A stretch of 64,000 bases of DNA from an uncultured delta proteobacterium (lineage in GTDB: Bacteria > Myxococcota_A > Polyangia > Polyangiales > Polyangiaceae): NCBI GenBank assembly GCA_963850305.1, contig CAWKKR010000007.1, positions 1,063,936-1,127,935 of the forward strand, in the 5' to 3' direction. A model generated the notes under the pieces. That model did not search any database, was not told the origin of the DNA, and saw only the letters and a list, made by a program, of their open reading frames with translations. A program made the position numbers and the translations under genes. This document shows, in pieces, positions 20,219 through 30,567 of the stretch (within the stretch, counting starts at the first letter, position 1; each line of letters begins with the position of its first letter).

Positions 20219-20887
20219 TCACCGCACGACGGCAAAGCGCCAGCCGAACGTCACGAGCGCCGCGGCGCGGGCGCGCTCGGCATCCTTGCCGAAAGGGTCG
20301 TCCCAGCGGAGCACGCACCGGGCGCCGAGCCACGGCCCTTCCGACCACGCCGCGAGCGGCACGCCGAACCCGAGGGACGTCTCGATGCCCCGAGCGTCGC
20401 CGAATGTGCCGCCCTTCGGTTCGCGAAGGTAGCCGCCGAGCGAGAGCGAGATCGAGTCGACGGCGAGGTCGAGCACGCTCGACGCGCCTTCCATGTCGTT
20501 CGACCAGCGCGGGAGGAACGCCGGACGGAGGTCCACGCCGAGCGAGGCGAGCCGCGCCGAGCCGAGCACGGTGCCGCCGAGCGAGTCCACGAAGCCGGCG
20601 TAGATGCCCGCGGTCGAGAAGTAGTGGATGGACGTGAGCAGCGCCGCGCCCGTACCGTCCCGGGCGAGCTCCGCGCCGCCGTCGAGCGCGACGTCGAAGA
20701 ATCCGTCGAAGCGCCCGTACACGCCGTCGTTCCTCCAGATCGTGTCGTCGGGTTTCACCTCGCCCGGCAGATGGCTCGTCGTCACGTGGCCCGGCTGCCA
20801 CCCGGGCTCGGCGGGCTCGGCGCGCGCCGGCGACGCGCCGCCGATCGCCGTCAGAGCCGCGAGCGCGACGAGCGGGGCGCGCGTCAT
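20219..20887 (-). CDS. Secreted or outer-membrane hypothetical protein
   Basis: Signal peptide MTRAPLVALAALTAIGGASPARA; DGVYGRFDG motif; beta-strand pattern; overlaps the HD gene stop by 4 nt. Confidence 0.65.
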   Translation of the reverse strand: MTRAPLVALAALTAIGGASPARAEPAEPGWQPGHVTTSHLPGEVKPDDTIWRNDGVYGRFDGFFDVALDGGAELARDGTGAALLTSIHYFSTAGIYAGFVDSLGGTVLGSARLASLGVDLRPAFLPRWSNDMEGASSVLDLAVDSISLSLGGYLREPKGGTFGDARGIETSLGFGVPLAAWSEGPWLGARCVLRWDDPFGKDAERARAAALVTFGWRFAVVR

Positions 20888-22176
20888 GCTCCGAACAGAG
20901 GCGCGAGCGGCTCGCGCAGCTCGGGCGGAAAGATCAGGCGCACGCGCCGCAGGCATTCGCCCCGGAGGCGGCCCAGTAACACGGACACCTCGCTCGGCTT
21001 CATCGACGGACGCCCCGGGAACACGACGCGGAGCTGGTCGCTCGTGTCGTCGAACGGGTAGTCCCGGGCGACATCCAGATCGACATAGTAGTCCGGGTCG
21101 AACCCGTTCGCGGCCGCGATGGCACGGGCCGACTCGTAGAGCTCCCGGCTCGGCCCTTCTTCGCGCGCGTCGCCGTAGAGCTCGTGGGTCTTGAAGAGGC
21201 GGCGCGCATAGAGTCGGTCCGCGAAGTCCCGGACGATGGGATCCGCGACGGTTCGCCAGCTGCTCATCGCCGTCCAGAGCGTGTTGTCGTCGAGGTCCAG
21301 ATACTCGGAAAGCGGCGCTTCCCCACCTCGCGCGATGGACTCGAGCGCCTTCGGGACCGCCGGGAGCCGCGCCCCCTCGGCGAGCAGCTCGGACACTCGA
21401 CCGAGGAGACGCGCCATCATCCACTCGCTCGCCCGGCTCGTCTTGTGGAAATACACATGCTGGAACATGAAGAGCCGTCCCAGGATGAACGACTCGATCG
21501 CCGGCAAGCCCTTCGCCCCGTCGATGGCGAGGCCCGGCGCCTCGCCGTCCGCGCGCGGCTCGCCGAAGCGTAGACTCCGGAGGAGCCACCCGAGATCGAA
21601 CATGCCGTACTCGACGCCCGTCGAGTAAGCGTCGCGGAGCAGATAGTCGCACCGGTCCACGTCGAAGGTCCCCGACACCATGTGGGCGAGATACGTGAGC
21701 CGGTGCCGGCCGTGCACGAGCTCGTTCACGCGCGACGGAAGCCCGGGATCGTTCTCCGAGAGCACGCGGTGCACCTCGGTGGACGGGTCCATGAGGATGC
21801 GCGTCGTCCACTCCTCGTGGCTCGGTCCGCCGGGGACCGCTTCCTCGAAGAGATGCGAGAAAGGGCCGTGACCGACGTCATGGAGTAGCGCGGCCGCGGC
21901 GGCATCACGAGCGCGCTCCGTCGTCATCCGCTGCCAGAACGGAAGCACGTGGTCGATCTCCTGGAGCCGCCGGATGAACCGCGTCATCACGTGCGCCGCG
22001 CCGATGGCGTGGGAGAATCGAGTGTGCTCGGCCCCTGGATACGCGAACGACGTGAGCCCGAGCTGACGGATGCGCCGGAGTCGCTGCACCTCCCGCGTCG
22101 CAAGCAGCGCTGGGATAATCGAGTACTCGTCCGACTCGAAGGAAACGAGCCCATGAACGGGGTCCCGCAGAATCAT
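20884..22176 (-). CDS. HD-domain phosphohydrolase, SAMHD1/dNTP triphosphohydrolase-like (YwfO/EF1143-type)
   Basis: RDPVHG, QRLRRIRQLG, EHTRFSHAIG, LLHDVGHGPFSH, DVDRCDYLLRD, VYFHKT. Confidence 0.9.
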   Translation of the reverse strand: MILRDPVHGLVSFESDEYSIIPALLATREVQRLRRIRQLGLTSFAYPGAEHTRFSHAIGAAHVMTRFIRRLQEIDHVLPFWQRMTTERARDAAAAALLHDVGHGPFSHLFEEAVPGGPSHEEWTTRILMDPSTEVHRVLSENDPGLPSRVNELVHGRHRLTYLAHMVSGTFDVDRCDYLLRDAYSTGVEYGMFDLGWLLRSLRFGEPRADGEAPGLAIDGAKGLPAIESFILGRLFMFQHVYFHKTSRASEWMMARLLGRVSELLAEGARLPAVPKALESIARGGEAPLSEYLDLDDNTLWTAMSSWRTVADPIVRDFADRLYARRLFKTHELYGDAREEGPSRELYESARAIAAANGFDPDYYVDLDVARDYPFDDTSDQLRVVFPGRPSMKPSEVSVLLGRLRGECLRRVRLIFPPELREPLAPLFGA

Positions 22177-22584
22177 CGTCGCTCTTCTATTCGTGAAGCT
22201 CGCGTGGAGCGAATCCGAGTTTCGGACGCGCAACGACCTCGTGCACGTATGACCCGGGTCGGTCGTGACCCGCTGGAAACTGAGTAGTCACTGGGGCCGT
22301 GACTCCACCGCACTGCGTGGACACTCGCACTCGAATTCATTGGAAAATCGGCTTGAAGGACGGCTGCGTAGAATTCCGCGAAGGCCACGCGCGGGCGTGC
22401 AACTTTGCAAGGTGAAGGGTGTACGATCATTTCACACTGGTGCACTTTCGACAGATCGGTGGAAATTTCGCGGGGGTGCATGCGAGACACGGCGAATAAA
22501 TAGCCGGGCTCGGGGGTTGCGAAGAAAGGTCATTCACGTTACGTCCGTAATTGGGCGAGATTCGCTCAGGCAAGGTTGGGTGAG

Positions 22585-24771
22585 ATGTCGAAGGTACGCA
22601 GGAACATGGAGCCGAGTGGAGGGCGGTCGCGTGCGATTGGCCTGACCGAGGTTCTCCGGGTCCTGCCGGACCGGGAAATCAGCTCTCTCGTGGATCGCCT
22701 CGGGATCCACATCGACGCCGCGAAGCGTATAGACATCCCGTCCCAGGTTGCGCGCTCGCTCGTATCGACGCCCGAGCTCCGGGACCTCTCACACTTCCCG
22801 GGCCCGACGCGGGAGCTCGTGCACCGCATCTCGGAGGCGAGGGGTGTGCTCTTCGTGAAGACGCTCCCGCCCGCGGTCGAGTCGCTCGTGGCGCGCGGCA
22901 TCGTCTACGCGCGAGCGGCGGACGGTGGCGCGGAGCTCATCCTGCCCATCGCGTTTCTGCTCCAGCTCCGCCCCTGGGAAGGGGAAGATCCGCGCGGGGT
23001 GCGTGCCCTGCTCGCGCAAACGTCGAACGAGGTCGCGGGCACGATCGCGGCGCATTACCTCGGTCGCCCGGCCACGCCGCCGGTCGTTCTCGGTCTGGAA
23101 GCGGCGTGGACGGCGCTCACCGATCCGGAACGCCTCACCGCGGAGCTCGACGGTCTCGCGCCGCTCGAGCGCAAGCTCCTCCAGGCCGTGGAAGACGTCG
23201 GGGGTGAAGTGGACACGGAAGAGTTGCTCGATCTCGAGCGCGAACCGATGCGTCTCCGGGGCGCGTCGGGCGCGACTCCGTCGCGGCGCGGCGTCGGCTT
23301 TGCCCTCGAGAGGCGCGGCTTCCTCGTCCCGATACACCCGAACCGTCACATCATCCCGACCGAAGTGAGCGCGATCATCAGCGCGCGCCGTCACGAGGAG
23401 CGCGAGGCACGCCGTCGCGAGATCCGCACCTTCGTCCTCGGAGAAGATCATGCGCCGCGCCGCGCGCGGTTCGCTCAGGATCCGGCCGTGCTCGCCCTCG
23501 CGATGGCCCTCGCCGTCCGCGAGCCGAACGTCGAGGTGCGGATCGGCGTCGGCACTCCGCGCTCGTTCGTGTCGAAGCTCGCGGCTCGTTTCGGGCGGGA
23601 CGCGGAAGCCGTCGCGCTCGTGGCCGCGCTGAGTCGCGCGAGCGGGCTCTGGGATCCGTCCGCCGCGGTCGCGAGCTCACCGCCCGGCTCGGAGCACGTC
23701 GCGGAGCTCGGTGAACTCCTGTTCCGCGCGTGGCGCCGCGGCGGCGCGTGGGACGAGGCGCGCCCTGACGGAGAGATGCTCCGCGTCGGCACCGAGACGC
23801 GAGAGGCGAGCGTCGTGGGCGTCGTTCGAGAGATGTTGCTCGAGGCGCTGCAAGAGCTCGGAGAAGGGCGCTGGGTCCCGTGGGAAGCCGTCGCGGGCTT
23901 CGTGCGCACCGACAGCCGCACGCCCGGCATCAACCGTCTCGTCGAACGATGGGCCCAAAGGTCGTCCATCGAACCGATGACCGTCTCGGAGATTGCCCAT
24001 CGAATCACGTTCGAGAGCCTACACGTCCTCGGCGTCGTTGACCTCGGGGACGTGGACGACGATGGGGACGACATGGGCCCGACCGTGCGCATCACCCCGC
24101 GCGGTCGCACGTATCTCGGCGCGGCCGTCACGGACGCTCCGCCCGTCAGTCGCCCGCCGAATCGATATCTCGACACGCACGCGCTCCGCATCGGTGGCGC
24201 GGCGCGCATCGCGGAGGTCATCGGGCTCGCATCGTTCACCGAGATCGGTGCCGTCATCGGGCATCTGGATCTGCTGGTCACGCCGCAGGCCATCGCACGC
24301 GGCCTCGGTGGCGGCATCGACGCGAACGCGATGCGCGCGCGGCTCGAGCTCCTGGCGCCGCTCCCCGATCCGATTCACAGGCTTCTCACGCAGGCGAGCG
24401 CCGTGCTCGGTCGCGCGGAGTTCGTGACGTCTCAGGGCTTCCTCTGGGTGGACGATCCGGAAGTGCGGGAGTTCCTGCGGACGCGCCGGCAATCGTCGGA
24501 CCTGTTCGTCGATCCGTCGCCGCCCGGCGGGCTCCTCATCGCGCCCGGTGTGGATCTCGATCGAGTGACGCGCCGCTGCCGGGCGCTCGGCGTGGAAGTC
24601 CTCGTGGATGGCGAAGTGTACCGAACGCGATCGACCGCACCGCCCCGGCGGCTAAGCTCGCCCCCCGCCGCCGCGGATGCCGGCACGAGCGGCACGCGCC
24701 AGGTCAACGGCGTCCGCGCCGCCGGCCGGCGCTCGTCCGCGCAGATGCAAGCCGCGAAACGCCACGGCTGA
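22585..24771 (+). CDS. Large hypothetical protein, probable helicase-associated (XPB-partner, Helicase_C_3-like) domain protein
   Basis: C-terminal LLVTPQAIARGLGGGIDANAMRARLELLAPLPDPIHRLL pattern; repeated winged-helix-like segments (LERRGFLV, LHVLGVVD...RITPRG); no Walker motifs seen; start uncertain. Confidence 0.6.
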   Translation: MSKVRRNMEPSGGRSRAIGLTEVLRVLPDREISSLVDRLGIHIDAAKRIDIPSQVARSLVSTPELRDLSHFPGPTRELVHRISEARGVLFVKTLPPAVESLVARGIVYARAADGGAELILPIAFLLQLRPWEGEDPRGVRALLAQTSNEVAGTIAAHYLGRPATPPVVLGLEAAWTALTDPERLTAELDGLAPLERKLLQAVEDVGGEVDTEELLDLEREPMRLRGASGATPSRRGVGFALERRGFLVPIHPNRHIIPTEVSAIISARRHEEREARRREIRTFVLGEDHAPRRARFAQDPAVLALAMALAVREPNVEVRIGVGTPRSFVSKLAARFGRDAEAVALVAALSRASGLWDPSAAVASSPPGSEHVAELGELLFRAWRRGGAWDEARPDGEMLRVGTETREASVVGVVREMLLEALQELGEGRWVPWEAVAGFVRTDSRTPGINRLVERWAQRSSIEPMTVSEIAHRITFESLHVLGVVDLGDVDDDGDDMGPTVRITPRGRTYLGAAVTDAPPVSRPPNRYLDTHALRIGGAARIAEVIGLASFTEIGAVIGHLDLLVTPQAIARGLGGGIDANAMRARLELLAPLPDPIHRLLTQASAVLGRAEFVTSQGFLWVDDPEVREFLRTRRQSSDLFVDPSPPGGLLIAPGVDLDRVTRRCRALGVEVLVDGEVYRTRSTAPPRRLSSPPAAADAGTSGTRQVNGVRAAGRRSSAQMQAAKRHG

Positions 24772-24792
24772 CCGCTGCGCCTTGCCCACCCC

Positions 24793-26047
24793 TCAGGCCA
24801 GCAGCCGCCGTGCGACCCATGCGGCGCGTCCCGGCGAAGCGCTCACTGATTGCACCGCGCCGCCTGCGGCGAAGATCTCTGCCGGCAACGGGCGACCGTT
24901 GTACTCGCTCGCCATCGTGAAGCCGTACGCGCCCGCGTCGCGGATGACGACGCGCGCGCTCAGGGTCTCGCCGAGCGCGTGCTCTCCGAAGTCGTCCGCA
25001 CTCTCGCACACGGGACCCGCTACGCGCCAGAGCGGCCCCGTCGGATTTCGAGTCAGTGGGCTCGATGCGATGCTGTGCGCCGTAGAGCGCCGGACGAACG
25101 AGATCGTTCATGGCGGCGTCGATGAACGCCCAGCGTCCGCTTGCGCGTCCGCTTCTCCTGCACGACGTTCGCGACGAGCACGCCATGCGCCGCCACCATC
25201 GAGCGGCCAGGTTCGACGACCAGGGGGAGCTCGCCTAGTCCTTCTCTCGACCAGCAGCCGACGCGCGGCGTCAGGAACTCCCGCGGCTTGGCAGAGGGCC
25301 TTCGCCGTAGTCGATCCCGAACCCGCCCCCGAAGTCGACGAGATCGAGCGCCTTGCCGCTCGCGAGCCGGGCCCGCGCGACGCCGCAGACGACCTTCGCC
25401 GACGCGAGATACGAGTCTCGATTGCTTGAGCGTCGAGCCCACATGCGCGCCCACACCGACGACGCGCAGCGACGGGTCGCGGTCCGCAAGCTCCCACGCG
25501 CTCCGAGCTCGGCAGAGCGCGATCCCGAACTTCGCGTCGTCGTGGCCCGTCGCAACGTGTGCATGCGAGTCGATGCTCACGCCCGGGTTCACGCGAAAGG
25601 ACAGGCGCGCGACGCGACCGGCGTGCCCGCGCCCGCGCAGCGACGCGTAAGATCTCCTCCACGCTTTCCATCTGGATGGCCCGGATGTCCGCGGCGATTG
25701 CCGCGTCAATTTCGTGGTCGGCCTTCGCCACGGCGGTGGTCATGATGCGGCCCGGTGGCACCCCGGCCGCAAGCGCGAGCTCTAGCTCGCCTCGCGAGAC
25801 GACTTCGGCGCCACCCCCTCGTGCGCGACGTCCGGACGATGGAACCGGCCGAGTTCGCCTTGACCGCATAAGCGACCGTGTGGCGGGCGTCGCCGAGTGC
25901 CTCGATCATCTCCCGGGCTTCGGCGCGGATGGCGTCAAGATCGTAGACGTAGGCCGGGGTTCCCACGGCCGCGCCGTCCAGAAGGGAGTCGAGTGTCGCA
26001 TCGGCGAGAATCGCCTTTCCGTCCGCAGCTCGCGAAAAACCCGGCAT
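24793..26047 (-). CDS. lysA: Diaminopimelate decarboxylase, split by several frameshifts (probable sequencing indels)
   Basis: Motifs spread over frames: GTPAYVYD, YAVKAN, VVSRGEL, RVNPGV...TGHDDAKFGI, AHVGS, DFGGGFG, VEPGRS, DAAMNDLVRPALY, CESADDF, DAGAYGFTMASEYNGRP. Confidence 0.88.
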
Positions 26048-26196
26048 GGCCGCGTTTTTACTCGCTCCGCCCGGCGCTGCAATGCCCCGCCCGACGCGCG
26101 ACCTCGTGCTCGCAACTTCCCCTGCTCGGTAATGAGAGTGGAAGGCGGTCCTATTTTCGCCTAGAAACGCGGGAAGGGAATTGGTGGGGACCACCC

Positions 26197-28014
26197 GTGA
26201 ACACCGCGCTGGACAGAGCCCCGAACCTAGCCAAGTACGAGCTGCTCGAGCGCATCGGGCTCGGCGGCATGGCGACCGTGTATCGCGCGCGGGATCGGCG
26301 GCTAGGGTCGTGAAGTCGCGGTGAAGCTGATCCACCCGCACCTCCGCGAGAATCCGGAGGTGGCCGCCCGCTTCGTGAGCGAGGCCCGCGCCGTGGCGCG
26401 GCTGAGACATCCGAACGTCGTGGAAGTCTTCGACGTCTCCGACGCCGATGAGCCCGAGCGATACCTGGTCGTCGAGCTGGTTCGGGGCACGACGCTCCGA
26501 GCCCTCCTCGACCGGCACAAGTCGCTGCCGCCCGAGCTCGCCGCAGCGATCGCGCTCGAGGTGGCCGCGGCGCTCGACCACGCCCACCACGAAGGCATCA
26601 TTCATCGCGACGTGAAGCCCGAGAACGTCCTGCGTCGATCTCTCGGGCAGCGTCGTCGGGTCCCTCGGCGGGCGAGGGTTCCGTGGAACGCACGCGCGTG
26701 AAGCTGACCGATTTCGGCATCGCGAAGCTCCTCGACGCCCAGGGCGTCACGTCCACCGGACAGGTACTCGGGTCCCCCGCGCACATGGCGCCGGAACAAA
26801 TCGAGGGCGGTGACGTGGGGCCGCGCTCCGACGTCTTCGCCCTCGGTGTCCTGCTCTACGAGACCATGGTCGGGCGTCTGCCGTTCGACGGAAAGAATCC
26901 CGCGCAGGTACTGCGGCGCGTCCTGGACGGCGCATATCCGCCCGCCGATCGCGAACAGCCACGAGTGGGTGGGCGGTGGGCGAGCGTCCTCGCCGTGGCT
27001 CTCGGGCGCGACGCGGCCGATCGCTACCCGAGCATCCAGGCGTTTGCCGATGCGATACGTGCCGAGCTCGCCGGTGTCGAGATCCTCGAACCGCGCAGGG
27101 AGATCGAACGCTTCCTGTCCGATCAGGAGCACTACGCGGAGGCGGCCGAGAAGACGATGGTCGCTGCGCTCGTCGCCTCGGGCGAACGCGCTCGGACTGC
27201 CTCGGACTTCTCCCTCGCGTCGGCCCAGTTCAACCGTGCCCTCGCGTATCGGCCGGGAGATACCGAACTCGTGCGTCGAGTGACGGGCCTCGCGCAGCGG
27301 AAGCGGGTCCGCGCGATCGCGCGGCTCGCCATCGTGTCCCTCGCCGTCGGGGGTGTCGTCGTGCCGGCCATTCGCAAGCTGACGGAGTCGCGCTCCGTCG
27401 ATCTTCCTCCGCCCGCAGCCGGCATGACGAAAGACGGAGCTCGCGTCGGTGCGCCCGTGATCGCCACCAGTCCCGCGGTCGTTGCGTCCCCGCGACCGGC
27501 GGCTGCCGTGCCGCGACGGCGGCCGTGGCTCCGCGAACCGCCGCGCCACAAGCCCGCGCCGGCCGTGACGCGACCGGTCGTCGTCGACGTGATCGGTCCC
27601 AAGGGGGGCTACCTGAAAATCGACGGCGCCCGGGAGGACACCTGGTTCGGCGTGAAGCACGATCTCACCGTCGGCTCGCACACGTTCGAGTTCGTCCCCG
27701 CGGATCCGGAGTGCTGCCGGCCGTCTCCTCCCGAAACCCGCGCGATCGAAGAGGGGGACACGGTCGATACGGTGCTTCTCGCGGTGGCGTTTCGAGACGC
27801 GCGTTTACATATCGACCACTGTCAGCCCGGCACCCTCCGCTGCCGATCGCTGTTCGGCAGTGACCTGCCGGTTCCCGGCGAGCTTTCGGTCTCGATGTCG
27901 CGGCTCTCCGCGGTCGGCTTGTGCAACATGACGCCTGACGACGCGACGCAGGCTCCCTCCACCCGAGAAGTGACGCTCACTGCGGGGCAGACTACCGAGA
28001 TATCCTGGCCGTAG
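26197..28014 (+). CDS. Membrane Ser/Thr protein kinase with C-terminal PEGA-like extracytoplasmic region; frameshifts near 26305 and 26635-26680
   Basis: IGLGGMATVY / VAVKLIH...HRDVKPENVL / VKLTDFGIAK...APE...DVFALG lie in three ORF-track segments; TM helix LAIVSLAVGGVVVPAI. Confidence 0.85.
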
Positions 28015-28032
28015 CCCGGTTCCGCGACACGC

Positions 28033-29049
28033 ATGCGTCGTTCTCATTCACCGTTCATCGCGGTCATCGCCGCCTCGTCGTTTCTCTCCGTGTTGGCGGG
28101 GGGCGAACCGTCGCCGGCTTCGAAACCGGCGCCCCCGCGCGCGGCACCGAGCGGCACCGCGGCCGCTCGCGTCCCCGACGCGGGACTGTCTCCCGAGGCA
28201 GCTCTCGCCCGTGCGACCGCCTTCTACGAATCGGGGAAGTATGCGCTGTGCTCCGACGCTTTCGCGTCGCTGCTGGACGACTCGGGGGCCGCGTCGTCCC
28301 TGTCGTCGCGGGCGAGGGAGCAGGCCAGCGTCTACCGGGCCGCGTGCCTCATCGCGCAGGGCGACATCTCGGGCGCCGACGTCGTGTTCCGGGCCGCGAT
28401 CCGCGAGAACCCGCAGATGGCCGTACCGAGTGCGATCCTATTCCCCCCGGCGGTCCTCGAGCGCTTCATCGTGGTCCGAACGACGTTGCTCGAGGAGATC
28501 CGGCGCGCCGAAGAGGAGCGTGCGTTCCGCGAACGCGAGGCCGCGTACCAGGCGCGGCGCCGTGCCGATGCCGAACGCGCGCGGGTGGCGGAGCTCGAGA
28601 AGCTTGCGTTGCAGGAGACGCTCATCGTCGAGAACCGTCGCTGGCTCGCGAGCGTGCCGTTCGGCGTCGGACAGTTCCAGAATCGCCAGTACGCCCTTGG
28701 CGCCGTCTTTCTTTCGACCGAGACGCTCTTGCTCGCGACCGCGGTCACGGCGACCTCCATCGAGCTCAGCTTGCACTCGCAAGCCAAGGGTGGTCTGGGC
28801 TTCGCCAACCAGACCGAGGTCGATCAGCTGAACCAAAGCATTCACACTGCGAACACCGTCTCCCTGGTCTCCGTCGCCGCGCTGGCGGTCACGCTCGGCT
28901 GCGGTATTCTCCAGGCGAACCTGGCCTACGTTCCCGAGTTCGACGACGGCGTCCGGCTGCGCCCGAGAAAGGTCAATCCGCCGCCGCTCGTGCCGCTGCT
29001 CGGTCCCACCGAAGGGGGCGCGCTGGTCGGCGTCCTGGGGCGGTTCTAG
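28033..29049 (+). CDS. Secreted TPR-like protein with C-terminal hydrophobic segments
   Basis: Signal peptide, ALARATAFYESGKY TPR-like helices, PFGVGQFQN motif, C-terminal GVLGRF. Confidence 0.7.
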   Translation: MRRSHSPFIAVIAASSFLSVLAGGEPSPASKPAPPRAAPSGTAAARVPDAGLSPEAALARATAFYESGKYALCSDAFASLLDDSGAASSLSSRAREQASVYRAACLIAQGDISGADVVFRAAIRENPQMAVPSAILFPPAVLERFIVVRTTLLEEIRRAEEERAFREREAAYQARRRADAERARVAELEKLALQETLIVENRRWLASVPFGVGQFQNRQYALGAVFLSTETLLLATAVTATSIELSLHSQAKGGLGFANQTEVDQLNQSIHTANTVSLVSVAALAVTLGCGILQANLAYVPEFDDGVRLRPRKVNPPPLVPLLGPTEGGALVGVLGRF

Positions 29050-29077
29050 CGCTTTCGCGGTGAGTCTCCTGGGTCCG

Positions 29078-29827
29078 TCAGCGCTTCTGGAACGCGGCGA
29101 TCCAGAAGCCGCCGAGGGCGCCGAGGCGGGAGTCGCACAGGTTTCGCTCGAGGGTGCGAAGCGCGTCGCGAAGCAACGGGACGCGCAGCAGCGCCGCGGC
29201 GGGCGTTATGATGCGCACGCCGCGCGCCCCGACGAACCGACAGTTCTCGGGAACGAGAGCGCGCGCCTCGGATGGGCTGTAATACCGGGTGAAGACCTGG
29301 CGCTCGTGAGCGCCGGGCGCGACCTTACCGGCGGGGCCGAGGCGCTTCACGAGGCCGCGGACGCTGTTCGGGTTGTAAAACTCCGCGAGCACGTGGCCTC
29401 CGGGCCGCGTCACACGAGCCATCTCGCGAAGCGCGCCGCGCACGTCGGGAACGTGCGATAGCACCTTGAACGAGCAGGCGACGTCGAACGACGCGTCGGC
29501 AAAGGGAAGATCGGTGGCCGACCCCTCTTTCACGTCGAGTCCGCGCTGCCGCGCGTGTTCGAGCATTCCCGGGCTCAGGTCGACGCCGCGGGCGCTCCGC
29601 GCGAACGCGCGGATCCGGCGAAGGACGAGCCCGGTGCCGCAACCCACCTCGAGCACATCGCGTCCCGCGCCGAACCGCGCGACGAACTCGCTCTCGAGTT
29701 CGTCCAGGAGCTCGTGATATCCGCCGGGATCGTTGTCGCCGCGGTGCGACTCATACCCGGCGGAGAAGGCGTCGTAGTAAGCGCGGTTTGCCTCGTGGCT
29801 GCCGGTTCCGTCCATCGGGGCTATCAT
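29078..29827 (-). CDS. Class I SAM-dependent methyltransferase
   Basis: VLEVGCGTG, GVDLSPGML, LPFADASFD, RVTRPGG. Confidence 0.9.
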   Translation of the reverse strand: MIAPMDGTGSHEANRAYYDAFSAGYESHRGDNDPGGYHELLDELESEFVARFGAGRDVLEVGCGTGLVLRRIRAFARSARGVDLSPGMLEHARQRGLDVKEGSATDLPFADASFDVACSFKVLSHVPDVRGALREMARVTRPGGHVLAEFYNPNSVRGLVKRLGPAGKVAPGAHERQVFTRYYSPSEARALVPENCRFVGARGVRIITPAAALLRVPLLRDALRTLERNLCDSRLGALGGFWIAAFQKR

Positions 29828-29839
29828 AGGCTACGATTC

Positions 29840-30346
29840 GTGAAGCCCTCCGACCACCCCGAGTTCTTTCGACTCCCACCGCCACCCGGTCGATCGCGCG
29901 AGAGCCGCATCGTGCTCGATGCGCGCGGCCGGTTCTGGAACGCCGGCGTTCCGATTGACCATGACAGCATGGCGGTGGCGTTCGCGTCGTGGATCCGGAA
30001 GCACCCGGACGACGGTCGCTTCATCCTGACGAACGGGTACGACTGGACGTATTTCAAGGTCGAAGACGCGCCGTTCTTCGTGAAGCACGTCGAGGCCCTC
30101 GATGGCGGCGCCCGCCTCCGCCTCTTCGACGATACGGAGGAGAGCCTCACGCCCGGTACGGTCTCAGTCTCGGACGCTGGCGTTCTGTACACCCGGGTGA
30201 AGCCAGCGGGCTTCGAGGCGCGGTTTCACCCGACAGCGCAGGCCGAGATGGTCGAATTCGTGGCCGAAGGGCCCGACGGCACCCCCTGCATCGAGCTCGC
30301 CGGGCGACAGTTCCCGATTCGGGCAAGGCTCCAACGCAGCGCGTGA
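29840..30346 (+). CDS. DUF1285-like protein
   Basis: IVLDARGRFWNAGVPI, KVEDAPF, LFDDTEESL, LYTRVK...EARF. Confidence 0.65.
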   Translation: MKPSDHPEFFRLPPPPGRSRESRIVLDARGRFWNAGVPIDHDSMAVAFASWIRKHPDDGRFILTNGYDWTYFKVEDAPFFVKHVEALDGGARLRLFDDTEESLTPGTVSVSDAGVLYTRVKPAGFEARFHPTAQAEMVEFVAEGPDGTPCIELAGRQFPIRARLQRSA

Positions 30347-30443
30347 AGGCCCTCCCGGGGCGTCCGTCAGCGGATGCCCGCTAACGCAGTAACTAATTGA
30401 AACTACTGGGCATTGTTTGTTTCGGGGGCGCCCCCGAAGGGAC

Positions 30444-30472
30444 TTGCAGGAGAATGCCTTCTAGACTAGGCT
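30444..30472 (+). promoter_or_regulatory. Putative sigma70 promoter of the rimP operon (TTGCAG-17-TAGGCT)
   Basis: Hexamers with a 17-nt spacer just upstream of the leader hairpin. Confidence 0.4.
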
Positions 30473-30488
30473 CCCGCTCGAAAACTTG

Positions 30489-30532
30489 CGGGCTCCTCCG
30501 GACCCCCAGCTTTGAGGGCCCGGTTTTTTTTT
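30489..30532 (+). terminator. rimP leader attenuator / intrinsic terminator-like hairpin
   Basis: Stem CGGGCTCCTC / GAGGGCCCG followed by 9 T, ending 35 nt before rimP; leader terminators are known upstream of rimP-nusA operons. Confidence 0.6.
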
Positions 30533-30567
30533 CGCTCCGTCCGGGGTTCCAAGAACGACTCGACCAA

